Positions 26,297 through 34,844 of a stretch of DNA of 47,403 nucleotides are shown one piece after another; positions within the stretch are counted from its first letter, which is position 1, and each line of letters opens with the position of its first letter. The DNA is from a virus (taxonomy: Duplodnaviria; Caudoviricetes). Position numbers and translations under genes: made by a program. The notes beneath the pieces were generated by a model that saw nothing but the letters and a program-made list of their open reading frames with translations, was not told the origin of the DNA and searched no databases. The stretch is from IMG/VR virus record IMGVR_UViG_3300012942_000065, positions 1 to 47,403 of that record; one strand, 5' to 3'.

Positions 26297-26521
26297 TTAT
26301 TCGGCTGCGTTTTCAAGATCGCTGATAACGCTATCAAGATCGACGTTTTCGAGATTGGAAATTGCTTCCTGCGATTTCTCGCCGCGTTCACTCGACTGCA
26401 AGCTTTCCGGCATGCCTTCAAACGCTTCGCGTTCTTCGTCGAGAATGGCGGCGATTTCTTCGCTGATCGACTGCAATTCCGCGATTGCCTTGTTGATGCG
26501 GGCGCGGCGTCCGTTGTTCAT
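26297..26521 (-). CDS. Moron acidic helical protein
   Basis: MPESLQSSERGE...EAISNLE motif seen in small phage proteins; follows promoter copy 7. Confidence 0.75.
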   Translation of the reverse strand: MNNGRRARINKAIAELQSISEEIAAILDEEREAFEGMPESLQSSERGEKSQEAISNLENVDLDSVISDLENAAE

Positions 26522-26583
26522 AGCGGTTGCTCCATGGCGTGATTGCCGGGAACAGTTGTTGCATAATTCCCGGCAATCGTCAA
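26519..26583 (-). promoter_or_regulatory. Repeated promoter/leader element copy 7
   Basis: TTGACG-attgccGGGAATTAT-GCAACAAC...GGCAATCACGCCATGGAGCAACCGCTATG. Confidence 0.85.
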
Positions 26584-26587
26584 TTCG

Positions 26588-26839
26588 TTATTTCCACGCG
26601 TGCATTTGCTTACTGGCGATGCAGCGCTCTTTCAGGGACGTCGGCAAATCTTCGCCGTCCGTGTCATATTCGCGAAGCGTCGAGCCCATGCCGGGCTGTC
26701 CTGACCATCGCCCGGTTCCGGTTGCCGTTTCAAATACGCGGAAACTGTAATTCGGCTTGCGCCCGTTGCATCGCACATATTTGCCAGTAACGAGTTCCGG
26801 CGCGTAATTGGTCGATTGATAGATGACCTTCATTTCCAT
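26588..26839 (-). CDS. Moron hypothetical protein (start 26839 or 26833)
   Basis: GGAG RBS after promoter copy 8. Confidence 0.7.
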   Translation of the reverse strand: MEMKVIYQSTNYAPELVTGKYVRCNGRKPNYSFRVFETATGTGRWSGQPGMGSTLREYDTDGEDLPTSLKERCIASKQMHAWK

Positions 26840-26845
26840 GTCTCC

Positions 26846-26888
26846 GATTGCCTGCAATCCTTGTTGCATAATTCCCGACAATCGTCAA
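26846..26888 (-). promoter_or_regulatory. Repeated promoter/leader element copy 8
   Basis: TTGACG-attgtcGGGAATTAT-GCAACAAG-GATTGCAGGCAATC. Confidence 0.8.
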
Positions 26889-26890
26889 AC

Positions 26891-26918
26891 GAAAAAAAAA
26901 GCGCCCGAAGGCGCTTAA
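26891..26918 (-). terminator. Cassette terminator copy 3 with U9 tract
   Basis: TTAAGCGCCTTCGGGCGCTTTTTTTTT. Confidence 0.85.
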
Positions 26919-27106
26919 TTTTGCTTTATGTCGTAAATTATTGAATTTCTTTTAATTGCTTTTTCCATTGATTTCCTTGCGTTGCTTTCCGTCTGGCAAC
27001 TCGCAATGCGCGTCTTGTAGTCTTCGACTTGAAACCAAACTTCCCATGGCTTGATTTCGCCAGTGTTCGGATTGTTTTCGATCCAAATAACGGCTTGCTT
27101 TTTCAT
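26915..27106 (-). CDS. Moron hypothetical protein (AT-richer)
   Basis: GAGGA RBS; bounded by promoter copy 9 and terminator copy 3. Confidence 0.7.
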   Translation of the reverse strand: MKKQAVIWIENNPNTGEIKPWEVWFQVEDYKTRIASCQTESNARKSMEKAIKRNSIIYDIKQN

Positions 27107-27130
27107 TTCCGTGTTCCTCGTTTGCGTTGA

Positions 27131-27162
27131 TTTGTTATCGCATAATTCCCGGCAATCGTCAA
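27131..27162 (-). promoter_or_regulatory. Repeated promoter element copy 9
   Basis: TTGACG-attgccGGGAATTAT-GCGATAAC. Confidence 0.8.
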
Positions 27163-27198
27163 CGCATAATTTGATAACAAGGGAAATATTGCCGGAGC

Positions 27199-27227
27199 TT
27201 GACGGGCGCGAGGGATAGCGTTAATTA
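27199..27227 (+). promoter_or_regulatory. Putative capsid gene promoter
   Basis: TTGACG-N17-TAATTA. Confidence 0.45.
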
Positions 27228-27261
27228 CAGACACTAATGCACCGTTGCCCAAATGGTGCCT

Positions 27262-27327
27262 GCTAGTGACCCGCTCGGATGACGGCCTAGCGCTCTTGCA
27301 ATGACCCGCTCGGATGACGGCTTGCAA
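27262..27327 (+). promoter_or_regulatory. Twin RNA hairpins in capsid 5' UTR
   Basis: 20-nt TGACCCGCTCGGATGACGGC twice, closed by different complementary stems. Confidence 0.7.
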
Positions 27328-27365
27328 ACCCCTCAATTCAATCGTCAAGATTTGGAGCGCTAACC

Positions 27366-28610
27366 ATGCGTCGCAATCGAAAGCTCGCTTTGATGGCCTC
27401 GACGGCCATTGCCGCGCCCGCCGTCCTGTATTTCCCCATTGCCTACGCCAACACGTTGACGCGGCTCATTCCCGACATCTATGCGGCGCTCGACGTTGTG
27501 TCGCGCGAGCTTGTCGGCTTCATCCCTTCCGTTGCGCGCAACGCCAGCGCCGAACGTGCCGCCAAGGGCGAAAGCGTCGTGTGGCCGGTCGCACCGTCGC
27601 TTGTTGCGGTTGATACCGTCCCGGCGATGCAAATCCCCACGCCGGCCGATATCACCATCGGCAACGGGGCGATGACCATCACCAAATCGAAAAACGTTCC
27701 TGTCGGGTGGGCCGGCGAGGAACAGCGCGGCCTTAACAATGGCGTCGGCTATCTCACCATTCAGGCCGATCTCATTGCGCAGGGTTTGCGCACGCTCGTC
27801 AATGAAATTGAAACCGATTTGGCCGTCGAAGCAGCTAACAACGGTTCGCGCGCCTATGGTACGCCGGGAACGACGCCGTTTGCCGGTGACAAGATGACGG
27901 ACGCGGCGCAGACGCGCAAAATCCTCGACGACAACGGAGCGCCACTCACCGGCCGTTCGCTGATCATCAACACGTCTGCCGGTGCCAACCTTCGCAGCAT
28001 GTATAATCTCACGCGTGCCAACGAAGCGGCAACGAACATGACGCTTCGCGACGGCGAGTTGCTCAATCTCATGGCTTTCTCGATCAAGGAAAGCGCGGGC
28101 GTTGACAACGCGAAGCATACGGCCGGCACTGGCGACAGCGCGACGACAAACACGGCCGGTTACGCCAAGGGTGCAACGTCGATCACGCTTGCGGCGACTG
28201 GCACCGGAACGATTGTTGTCGGCGACACGATCAGCTTTGCCGGTGACGCCAACAAGTATCAGGTGGTGACGGGCGCGGCGGCGGTTTCCGGCGCAACCAT
28301 CGAAATCGCCGCGCCGGGCTTGCGTGAAGCCATTCCGGCTGCTGCTACGGCGATCACGGTTGCCGCGTCGGCTGCGCACAACATCGGGTTTTCGCCCGAT
28401 GCGCTGCGTCTTGCCGCTCGCGCGCCGGCCATGCCGGTTGAAGGCGATGCGCGCCTTGACAGCCGCGTGGTTGTCGATCCGCGTTCGGGACTGGCGTTCG
28501 AGTTCTCGATCTGGCCCGGTCATCGCATGGTGCGCCTTGAAATCGCCATTGCGTGGGGCGTCAAGGCGGTGAAACGCGAACATATCGCCGTGCTGCTTGG
28601 CGAGGAATAA
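27366..28610 (+). CDS. Major capsid protein (P22 coat-like) with N-terminal leader
   Basis: ANTLTRLIPDIYAALDVVSRELVGFIP, RKILDDNGAP, DPRSGLAFE, IAWGVKAVK..HIAVLLG; GGAG RBS. Confidence 0.9.
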   Translation: MRRNRKLALMASTAIAAPAVLYFPIAYANTLTRLIPDIYAALDVVSRELVGFIPSVARNASAERAAKGESVVWPVAPSLVAVDTVPAMQIPTPADITIGNGAMTITKSKNVPVGWAGEEQRGLNNGVGYLTIQADLIAQGLRTLVNEIETDLAVEAANNGSRAYGTPGTTPFAGDKMTDAAQTRKILDDNGAPLTGRSLIINTSAGANLRSMYNLTRANEAATNMTLRDGELLNLMAFSIKESAGVDNAKHTAGTGDSATTNTAGYAKGATSITLAATGTGTIVVGDTISFAGDANKYQVVTGAAAVSGATIEIAAPGLREAIPAAATAITVAASAAHNIGFSPDALRLAARAPAMPVEGDARLDSRVVVDPRSGLAFEFSIWPGHRMVRLEIAIAWGVKAVKREHIAVLLGEE

Positions 28611-28628
28611 TCCGACAATTGACTAACG

Positions 28629-28654
28629 CCGGGCGGTTTGAACGAACCGCCCGG
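28629..28654 (+). terminator. Hairpin after capsid gene
   Basis: CCGGGCGGTT-N6-AACCGCCCGG; weak U-tract. Confidence 0.55.
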
Positions 28655-28686
28655 TTATCGGCGCGATCTAGCAAGGTATTAGGCAA

Positions 28687-29166
28687 ATGAGCGAGGCTAA
28701 TTCCATGCTTACCGTTGAAAAAACGCGAGTGAATGCTTGGAACATGGCCGGCTTGCTGATCACAATTATTATCACGGCTTTCGGTTGGGGCGTGACATAC
28801 AATATGATAATGTCGAATAGCGCGACTAACGCACGCCAAATCGACGGTCTAAATAATACCATGCGGGACGTTCAAAAGCAGTTGCCGGTCATCGGCACGC
28901 TTCAACTGCAAATGACGCAAAGCGCCGCTGCAATCGCTGAAAACAAAGCAAATAACAAAGCAACAAACGACCGCGTTGATAGGATCGTTGAACAATTTGG
29001 CGATAAGCTCGACATGCTTAATGACAAGCTGACAAAGACGCAAACCGCCGTCGAAGTGCTGTCGAGCCAAATCAATTACCGAAATAAGTCGGAACGCATC
29101 ACGCATTCTGTCGGTCAATCGGAAAAAAAAATGATGATTGGCACCACAGCGCTGCAAACGCAATAG
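28687..29166 (+). CDS. Single-TM coiled-coil protein
   Basis: Hydrophobic AGLLITIIITAFGWGVTY, then heptad-like region. Confidence 0.7.
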   Translation: MSEANSMLTVEKTRVNAWNMAGLLITIIITAFGWGVTYNMIMSNSATNARQIDGLNNTMRDVQKQLPVIGTLQLQMTQSAAAIAENKANNKATNDRVDRIVEQFGDKLDMLNDKLTKTQTAVEVLSSQINYRNKSERITHSVGQSEKKMMIGTTALQTQ

Positions 29167-29181
29167 AAAGGAAAAACTGCA

Positions 29182-29679
29182 ATGGCACGTTTGAAAACCG
29201 TTACCATCAACACCGAAAACGGCCCGGTAGTCATCAATGCAAGCGACTATGACGAAAGCAAGCATACGCTCGCGCCTCTCAATAGCGATGCTTTGCGTTC
29301 GACGCCAACCGTCAACAGCGAAGGTTTGCGGCTCGACGGCCCGACGATTGCCGAATTTGTCGCGGCCGGCTATTTGGCCGCAAACTACCCGCCGACAGGC
29401 TACGCCTCGCGCTCGACGCCGGAAGAAATCGCGGCTGCATCCGCACCGGCCGCGCCGCCAACGCCGCCTCCCGCTGCGCCCGGTGCTGCTGATAATTCGG
29501 CCGCTCCCGTGAAGATGGCTGTTGTGACCGAAGGCAAGGGCAAAGCAGCACGTTCGTTTGTCGTCAACGCTGATAGCGGCGAACGGATTGTTGCCGATGG
29601 CGTCGAAGCGAAGGGCTATGCGAGCGACGGCGAAGCGTGGCAGGCCATTATTGCCATGCAGACGCCGGCCGCTTCCTAA
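29182..29679 (+). CDS. Putative virion-associated protein
   Basis: AAGGA RBS; GPVVINASDYD..KH and DGPTIAEFVAAGY motifs; head-neck region. Confidence 0.7.
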   Translation: MARLKTVTINTENGPVVINASDYDESKHTLAPLNSDALRSTPTVNSEGLRLDGPTIAEFVAAGYLAANYPPTGYASRSTPEEIAAASAPAAPPTPPPAAPGAADNSAAPVKMAVVTEGKGKAARSFVVNADSGERIVADGVEAKGYASDGEAWQAIIAMQTPAAS

Positions 29680-29702
29680 GCCGCGCTCGATCATGTAGCA
29701 TG

Positions 29703-29735
29703 GCCCGGCTGTAGCGATGCAGCCGGGCTTTTCTT
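29703..29735 (+). terminator. Intrinsic terminator
   Basis: GCCCGGCTGTAGCGATGCAGCCGGGC-TTTTCTTT. Confidence 0.7.
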
Positions 29736-29749
29736 TGGAGGTAGCAGCT

Positions 29750-30256
29750 ATGGCCGATTTTTACGGGACGGCAACGGGCTTCAAGACATATGAGAGTGAT
29801 CGCGGCAGGCCGGCTGACGCTGGCGTTACGGACGCGGAAATTGATGCCGCATTGCTTGTCGCGTCCGAATGGCTTGACGGCGTTTATCGTTCATCGTTCG
29901 CCGGCTTGAAAGTCGGTGGCCGCGATCAAATTCGCGAGTGGCCACGCACTGGCGTTGTTGATATGTACGGCTACGCTGTTTCGTCTGATGGCGTGCCGCG
30001 CGAAGTCGAGAATGCGACCTATGAAGCGACTTTCCGTCAAATTGCAAATCCCGGTTCGCTGATTATCGATTACACGCCGGGCAAATACAAGAAAGCAGCG
30101 GTTTCCGGTGCCGTGTCGGTTGAATATGCGTCGTTTGGCTACGCATCCGATGCGCAACCGCAATATCTCGTCATCGATCAAATTCTAGCGCCGCTGTTGC
30201 TTGCTGTTGGCGCTGGCGATTATTCCGGGTTGTCTGGCAAATTGGTGCGGGCATGA
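29750..30256 (+). CDS. Head-tail adaptor (DnaT-like ssDNA-binding fold family)
   Basis: GGAGGT RBS; AALLVASEWLD, Q..EWPR, VPREVENATYEA, GAVSVEY. Confidence 0.75.
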   Translation: MADFYGTATGFKTYESDRGRPADAGVTDAEIDAALLVASEWLDGVYRSSFAGLKVGGRDQIREWPRTGVVDMYGYAVSSDGVPREVENATYEATFRQIANPGSLIIDYTPGKYKKAAVSGAVSVEYASFGYASDAQPQYLVIDQILAPLLLAVGAGDYSGLSGKLVRA

Positions 30257-30290
30257 AAAAGCCCGGCTGCATCGCTGCAAGCCGGGCTTC
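30256..30290 (-). terminator. Terminator, near reverse complement of the 29703 terminator
   Basis: GAAAAAGCCCGGCTGCATCGCTGCAAGCCGGGC. Confidence 0.7.
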
Positions 30291-30312
30291 CTTCTGCGGT
30301 TTGTGGCGTCGT

Positions 30313-30774
30313 TTACTTGGTACGGCCAATGCGGCTCATGGCCTTGTCGGGATCGGTGGTCGGATCGGTGTTCCAAACCACGAATTCCTTGATGCGCTCC
30401 ATGATCGCCGCGCCGGGCGTGTGGCCGACAACGGTGCCGGAAGCATCCTTGACTTCGTTCTGCACAAAGGCAAGCGAGCCGTCCGCATTGGTCTTCTGGC
30501 GCTGATTTTCCTTGCGGCGGTTCTGGTTCGACACGATGGACGAAAGATTTTCCTTCGTCTTGTTCAAAACCGGGATCGACTGGCCGACTTCCAGCTTATC
30601 GAAGCCGTAGGGGCTCTTGTTCGTCGATCCGCCCGCGCGAATGTTCGTCGGGATCGTGATGGCGTTGCTGATGTTGCCGATCTGGACGGCGACACGCGCC
30701 TTGACAGCTTCGGCCGGCTTGGCGGCGGCGGTGGCGGTGGTGCCAGCGGAAACGGTTGCGGGAGCTTTCGACAT
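30313..30774 (-). CDS. Moron: putative DNA-binding protein
   Basis: GAGGA RBS; SPYGFDKLEVGQS motif; upstream TTGACG-N17-TATGCG promoter. Confidence 0.75.
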   Translation of the reverse strand: MSKAPATVSAGTTATAAAKPAEAVKARVAVQIGNISNAITIPTNIRAGGSTNKSPYGFDKLEVGQSIPVLNKTKENLSSIVSNQNRRKENQRQKTNADGSLAFVQNEVKDASGTVVGHTPGAAIMERIKEFVVWNTDPTTDPDKAMSRIGRTK

Positions 30775-30887
30775 TTTCACTTTTCCTCTTGCGTTGTTGA
30801 AGGATCGTTTTGAAACCTTGACGGTGAACAACGCATAAATTGTTGCGTTTGATGCGTCAAGCGGAAAATCAACCGGAGTGACAAGAA

Positions 30888-31250
30888 ATGTCTTTTTATG
30901 AAGAAATGCAGGATATCGCGTCGAGCTTGCTAACGGAATTCAAGCAAGGCGTGATCGAATATGCGAAGCTCACGCCGGGAACGGGACCGGCCGACAATCC
31001 CGGTCCCGCGACCGAAACGAAGTATGAGCTAGTCGGCGCGGTTGCTCGCGGCGTGAGTTTCAAATATGTTCAAAACGGTCTGGCGCTCGCGGGTGACAGC
31101 CAAGTGACGATGAATGTTGATGATCGGTTCGGCAAGCCGACTATGCCGGGCTTTATCGATAAAGACGGCATACGCTATACAATCGTCCAAGTCGTCGCTA
31201 TTCCAGACGCCGGAACGGCTGTCGCTTATGTCGTGATTATTCGCAGGTGA
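30888..31250 (+). CDS. Head closure / head-tail joining protein
   Basis: MSFYEEMQDIASSLLTEFKQG...PDAGTAVAYVVIIRR; synteny. Confidence 0.7.
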   Translation: MSFYEEMQDIASSLLTEFKQGVIEYAKLTPGTGPADNPGPATETKYELVGAVARGVSFKYVQNGLALAGDSQVTMNVDDRFGKPTMPGFIDKDGIRYTIVQVVAIPDAGTAVAYVVIIRR

Positions 31251-31254
31251 GAAT

Positions 31255-32283
31255 ATGACGCCGCGCCAAGAACTAGACGCATTCGCCGAATTGCTTGTGC
31301 CGAATTTGCGCGCGGCGTTCATGGCCGCAATTCAAGGGATTGTGGATAACGCGATTATCGCGGAAATCGTTCGCAATATCGAAGCGGGAAACCTTGAAGG
31401 TGCATTTCGGGCTGTCGGCTTTTCGGACGCGTCCATGCGACCGCTCACAAAAGCAATTGCGGAAGCATTTGAAGCGGGCGGCATCCTTACGGGAGCGACG
31501 TTCCCCAAATACTTGAACACGACAAACGGCAAAGCTCGCTTCCTGTTTGACGTGCGCAACAGTCGCGCGGAAGCCTATTTGCGCGATCATTCTTCGCAGT
31601 TGATTACACGCATCGCCGATGAAACGCGAACGAACGTTCAAACGATTTTGCGGCAAGGCATGATCGACGGGCGCAATCCGCGAAATGTCGCGCTTGATAT
31701 CGTCGGGCGTATCGTGCCGGGCGTTAATCGACGCGTCGGCGGCATCGTCGGGCTTACGCCACAACAGGCGCAATGGGTGAACAACACGCGCGCCGACTTG
31801 TCGGATTTGAGTGAGCGTTATTTCACGCGTGCGTTGCGTGACAAGCGGTTTGATAGGACGGTGCGCAAGGCAATCGAGAGCGGCCAACCGCTGGACGCCG
31901 AAACGATTGAAAAGCTTGTGCTGCGCTACAAGGACAACGCGTTGAAGTATCGAGGCGAGACAATCGCCCGCACCGAAGCGCTGCAATCGCTGAATGCGTC
32001 CGAATACGAAGCGCATAAGCAAATTGTCGAAATGGGTGCTGCCAAAGCGAACCACGTCAAACGCATATGGGACAGCGCGGGAGATTTCCGCGTGCGCTAT
32101 TCGCATCGCGCAATGGACGGTCAAAAGGTTGGCATTGATGAGCCGTTCGTTTCGCCGCTCGGCTCGCAATTGATGTATCCGGGCGATGGCTCGCTAGGTG
32201 CGGACGCGAGCGAAATTATCAATTGCCGTTGCCGCGTCCGCTTAAAGGTCGATTGGTTGGCGCAAATCCCCAAAGGAACTTAG
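31255..32283 (+). CDS. Head morphogenesis protein (Mu gpF/SPP1 gp7-like)
   Basis: RGETIARTE, KRIW..GD.RVRYSH, PGD...EIINCRC. Confidence 0.85.
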   Translation: MTPRQELDAFAELLVPNLRAAFMAAIQGIVDNAIIAEIVRNIEAGNLEGAFRAVGFSDASMRPLTKAIAEAFEAGGILTGATFPKYLNTTNGKARFLFDVRNSRAEAYLRDHSSQLITRIADETRTNVQTILRQGMIDGRNPRNVALDIVGRIVPGVNRRVGGIVGLTPQQAQWVNNTRADLSDLSERYFTRALRDKRFDRTVRKAIESGQPLDAETIEKLVLRYKDNALKYRGETIARTEALQSLNASEYEAHKQIVEMGAAKANHVKRIWDSAGDFRVRYSHRAMDGQKVGIDEPFVSPLGSQLMYPGDGSLGADASEIINCRCRVRLKVDWLAQIPKGT

Positions 32284-32513
32284 CCGACACTTAGCTTGAT
32301 CGGTTGCGGATTGTTGCCGATCACGGACACAATCACTTTTGCGCCAGCATTCAGCTTTGCCAATTCGTCGGGCGTCGGTTCCCATGCCGTGTGCATGATG
32401 TTGTAAGTATCAGCACCGGCAATCGCCATCACTTCGTCGCGAACAGGCAAGCCAAGAAAGCCTTGTGACTTGCCGCAAACGCGCGTTGCGCCTTCAATTC
32501 TTGCGATTAACAT
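32280..32513 (-). CDS. Hypothetical protein
   Basis: TAWEPTPDELAKLNAGA motif; AAGGA RBS. Confidence 0.7.
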   Translation of the reverse strand: MLIARIEGATRVCGKSQGFLGLPVRDEVMAIAGADTYNIMHTAWEPTPDELAKLNAGAKVIVSVIGNNPQPIKLSVG

Positions 32514-33685
32514 CGTTCATTTTCCTTTCTGATAGTGACGGGCAAATTCAACGGTTCGATGATAGGAAGCATTTTCAATGCTTTGTCAATGAGCGACGGA
32601 CCTTTTACGTTTTCCGACAAAACCGGAATGTAAAATTCGCTCTTGCTCGGCATGTTCTCGACGTTGAATGCGTTTGTCGGAATGCCTTGGCTATGCCAAA
32701 TGTGTTGCAATTCGTCGGCGGAACAAACGCATGCGAACATGAAGCGGCGCAAGAAAGACGGATGACCTAAGGCAAAAACCAAATCTGGCAAATTCATCTT
32801 TTGGCCGGCTTGCTTCAACGTGGTTGCGATTTGGACGGCAGGTTTGTTGCCATAACTCGCCGCCGTCCAAACGTTAACAATTTCACACGAATAGCCTTCG
32901 CGTTCCAATATGTCAGCAATTGCAGCAATTATAGCCGCTCGAATAATCATGCTTTCCGCTTCGATGTATGCGCTATTTCCGCCCGCTATAAACAGCGTGA
33001 CGACCTTGCGGCCGGGCTGTTTAGGCCGACTTCTCATATGCAACGGATTGCCGGCCAATAACCGCCCGACATTGACGCTCCCGCCTGCGAGGGAATGCCT
33101 ACGGCGGCGCTGCGTGGCATGTTCGACAGATATCGCCTCAAGGACGGCGGCGGCGTTCTCGACGCCAACCGGCCAACCGTCATCGGCAATTTGCCGGGCG
33201 TGCGCCATGCTGTTGCTGCCGGTCCATTTCGGATCATCGGTTTCATATCCTGCATCACGTTCGCCAGTCCGGGCATGATGCGGTATCTGATCGATGTATT
33301 GCAGCAATTGGCCGAACGTCGAGAAACCGAAAAACGAACGCGGGTTGATATCTTTGAAATAGTTAAAATATGTTGTGTCGTCGCCATAGATTACGGTTTT
33401 ATAACCGCCATCCGTTCCCGTTTCCGAGTTATGGCGGCGTTCAAGAGCTTCGCGAACCAAATCTTCAATGTCGCTTGAACGATCTTCGCGCGGCGGTGCT
33501 GGCTCTTGATCGTTTTCCTTATCGGTCAATGTCACAACACAGCCGACAAGCGCCCGCAATCGGACAAGCTCGGAAGCGTTGACGCGATGCGCTTCCCATC
33601 GTTTCAAAGTATGGTTCCATCGCGCGCCAACGTCTTTCAGTGTGTCGCGGTGATCGAACGTGTTGCCAGTAATGACAATCATCAA
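32507..33685 (-). CDS. vWA-like partner of the AAA ATPase with N-terminal DUF5710-like domain
   Basis: TFDHRDTLKDVGARWN; GGSVNVGRLLAGNP; VTLFIAGGNS...LEREGYSCEI; HPSFLRR. Confidence 0.65.
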   Translation of the reverse strand: MMIVITGNTFDHRDTLKDVGARWNHTLKRWEAHRVNASELVRLRALVGCVVTLTDKENDQEPAPPREDRSSDIEDLVREALERRHNSETGTDGGYKTVIYGDDTTYFNYFKDINPRSFFGFSTFGQLLQYIDQIPHHARTGERDAGYETDDPKWTGSNSMAHARQIADDGWPVGVENAAAVLEAISVEHATQRRRRHSLAGGSVNVGRLLAGNPLHMRSRPKQPGRKVVTLFIAGGNSAYIEAESMIIRAAIIAAIADILEREGYSCEIVNVWTAASYGNKPAVQIATTLKQAGQKMNLPDLVFALGHPSFLRRFMFACVCSADELQHIWHSQGIPTNAFNVENMPSKSEFYIPVLSENVKGPSLIDKALKMLPIIEPLNLPVTIRKENERC

Positions 33686-34773
33686 TCGAGCTTTCCACGG
33701 TCGCTTTCGCTCATTCCCTTGAGCAAGTAGATTTCTTCAACTTGTTCCCATGATAGACCGGCTTTCAATGCTGCCGCTCCCATGATGATTGCGCGGCTCG
33801 ATACAACATGCCGAATTTTCTTTTCGTTGACAATCTTGCGAATGCGCCAAACATGATCAAGCCAACGTTGATTGCCGCGACCGAATATGCGTTCAAGGTT
33901 CAAATCATAGTCAACATCAATTGTTGCAAAGCGGTCGAGCGTTGCCGCATCTAGTTCATTTCGTCCAATATAAACACGGTCGGCACCGTTTCCGAATGTG
34001 TTGGCCGTTGCGACCATGCGGAAGTTACTGCTTCGTAATATCGGCTCTTTCCTGTCAGGGAACGTCGCATATCCATTAGCGAGAGCGCTGTTTGCAGACA
34101 AAAGGGCTGCGGCGTCCCAAGCGTCGATTTCATCCGCAACCCATACGCCGCCGAATTCATAAGCCTGTCGGAAAGGCGTCGTGTGATAGTTGCCATGACC
34201 ATCGATGAACCCCGTCAATTCGTGCGTGTCATTGATTGTTGACGTGATGAAGAAAGGAAAATTCAACGCTTGCGCGACATGCTCGCCAATTGTCGTCTTG
34301 CCGCATCCAGCCGGGCCAACAAGCATTATAGGATGATTCATCGCAGCGATGCGAATAACGGTTTCCGTGATATAATGCAAAGGACCGTCGAGCCGAATTG
34401 TTTGTTGCGGTGAAGCAATCTCGACCCGACGCGGTGCCAGTTCTTCAAGCAATTTCACGACTAAATCGCGCGCCGCTGTTCCGGTTGCAATTTCGTCGCG
34501 TAGCTCTTGCGTGGCAATTATGCGCGTCATGTCAACGCTGAAACCCTTAGCGTTGACGGTTTCGAGGATTTTGACGAAAATTTCGGAGGTTATCCGCTGC
34601 AAATCGCCGTCCGACTGGACTTCCGCCCCGGTTTCGTGGTATGCGTTCGCCAGTTCGGACGTTGACATAATTGCCACTTGTACCGGGTTTTTTCCTCGAT
34701 TTATCAACTGCCGTTGCACAAAATGCTTATTGGCATGCGTCACAATCAAATCGGGGTCATATTCGTTTTGCAT
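33682..34773 (-). CDS. MoxR/CbbQ-like AAA+ ATPase
   Basis: GPAGCGKT, VADEID, ATANT, GRNELDAATLDRF, VSSR. Confidence 0.85.
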   Translation of the reverse strand: MQNEYDPDLIVTHANKHFVQRQLINRGKNPVQVAIMSTSELANAYHETGAEVQSDGDLQRITSEIFVKILETVNAKGFSVDMTRIIATQELRDEIATGTAARDLVVKLLEELAPRRVEIASPQQTIRLDGPLHYITETVIRIAAMNHPIMLVGPAGCGKTTIGEHVAQALNFPFFITSTINDTHELTGFIDGHGNYHTTPFRQAYEFGGVWVADEIDAWDAAALLSANSALANGYATFPDRKEPILRSSNFRMVATANTFGNGADRVYIGRNELDAATLDRFATIDVDYDLNLERIFGRGNQRWLDHVWRIRKIVNEKKIRHVVSSRAIIMGAAALKAGLSWEQVEEIYLLKGMSESDRGKLD

Positions 34774-34844
34774 GTTGTCGCCTTGAAATGAGTTGCTTTT
34801 GTCTAACATGCTGAAATTCACGGTGCAAGCGGGAATTTAACCAC

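Noticed and set aside
7695-27162. Repeated element as a CRISPR array or integron attC sites
   Set aside because: Copies are dispersed, separated by whole genes, have promoter architecture, and there is no cas operon, integrase or attC-like palindrome.
27360-28583. Long antisense ORFs (27360-28583, 31273-32169, 35701-36606, 38358-39167, 45834-46607, 376-933 and others)
   Set aside because: Shadows of real genes caused by codon bias; Arg-rich, no RBS or motifs.
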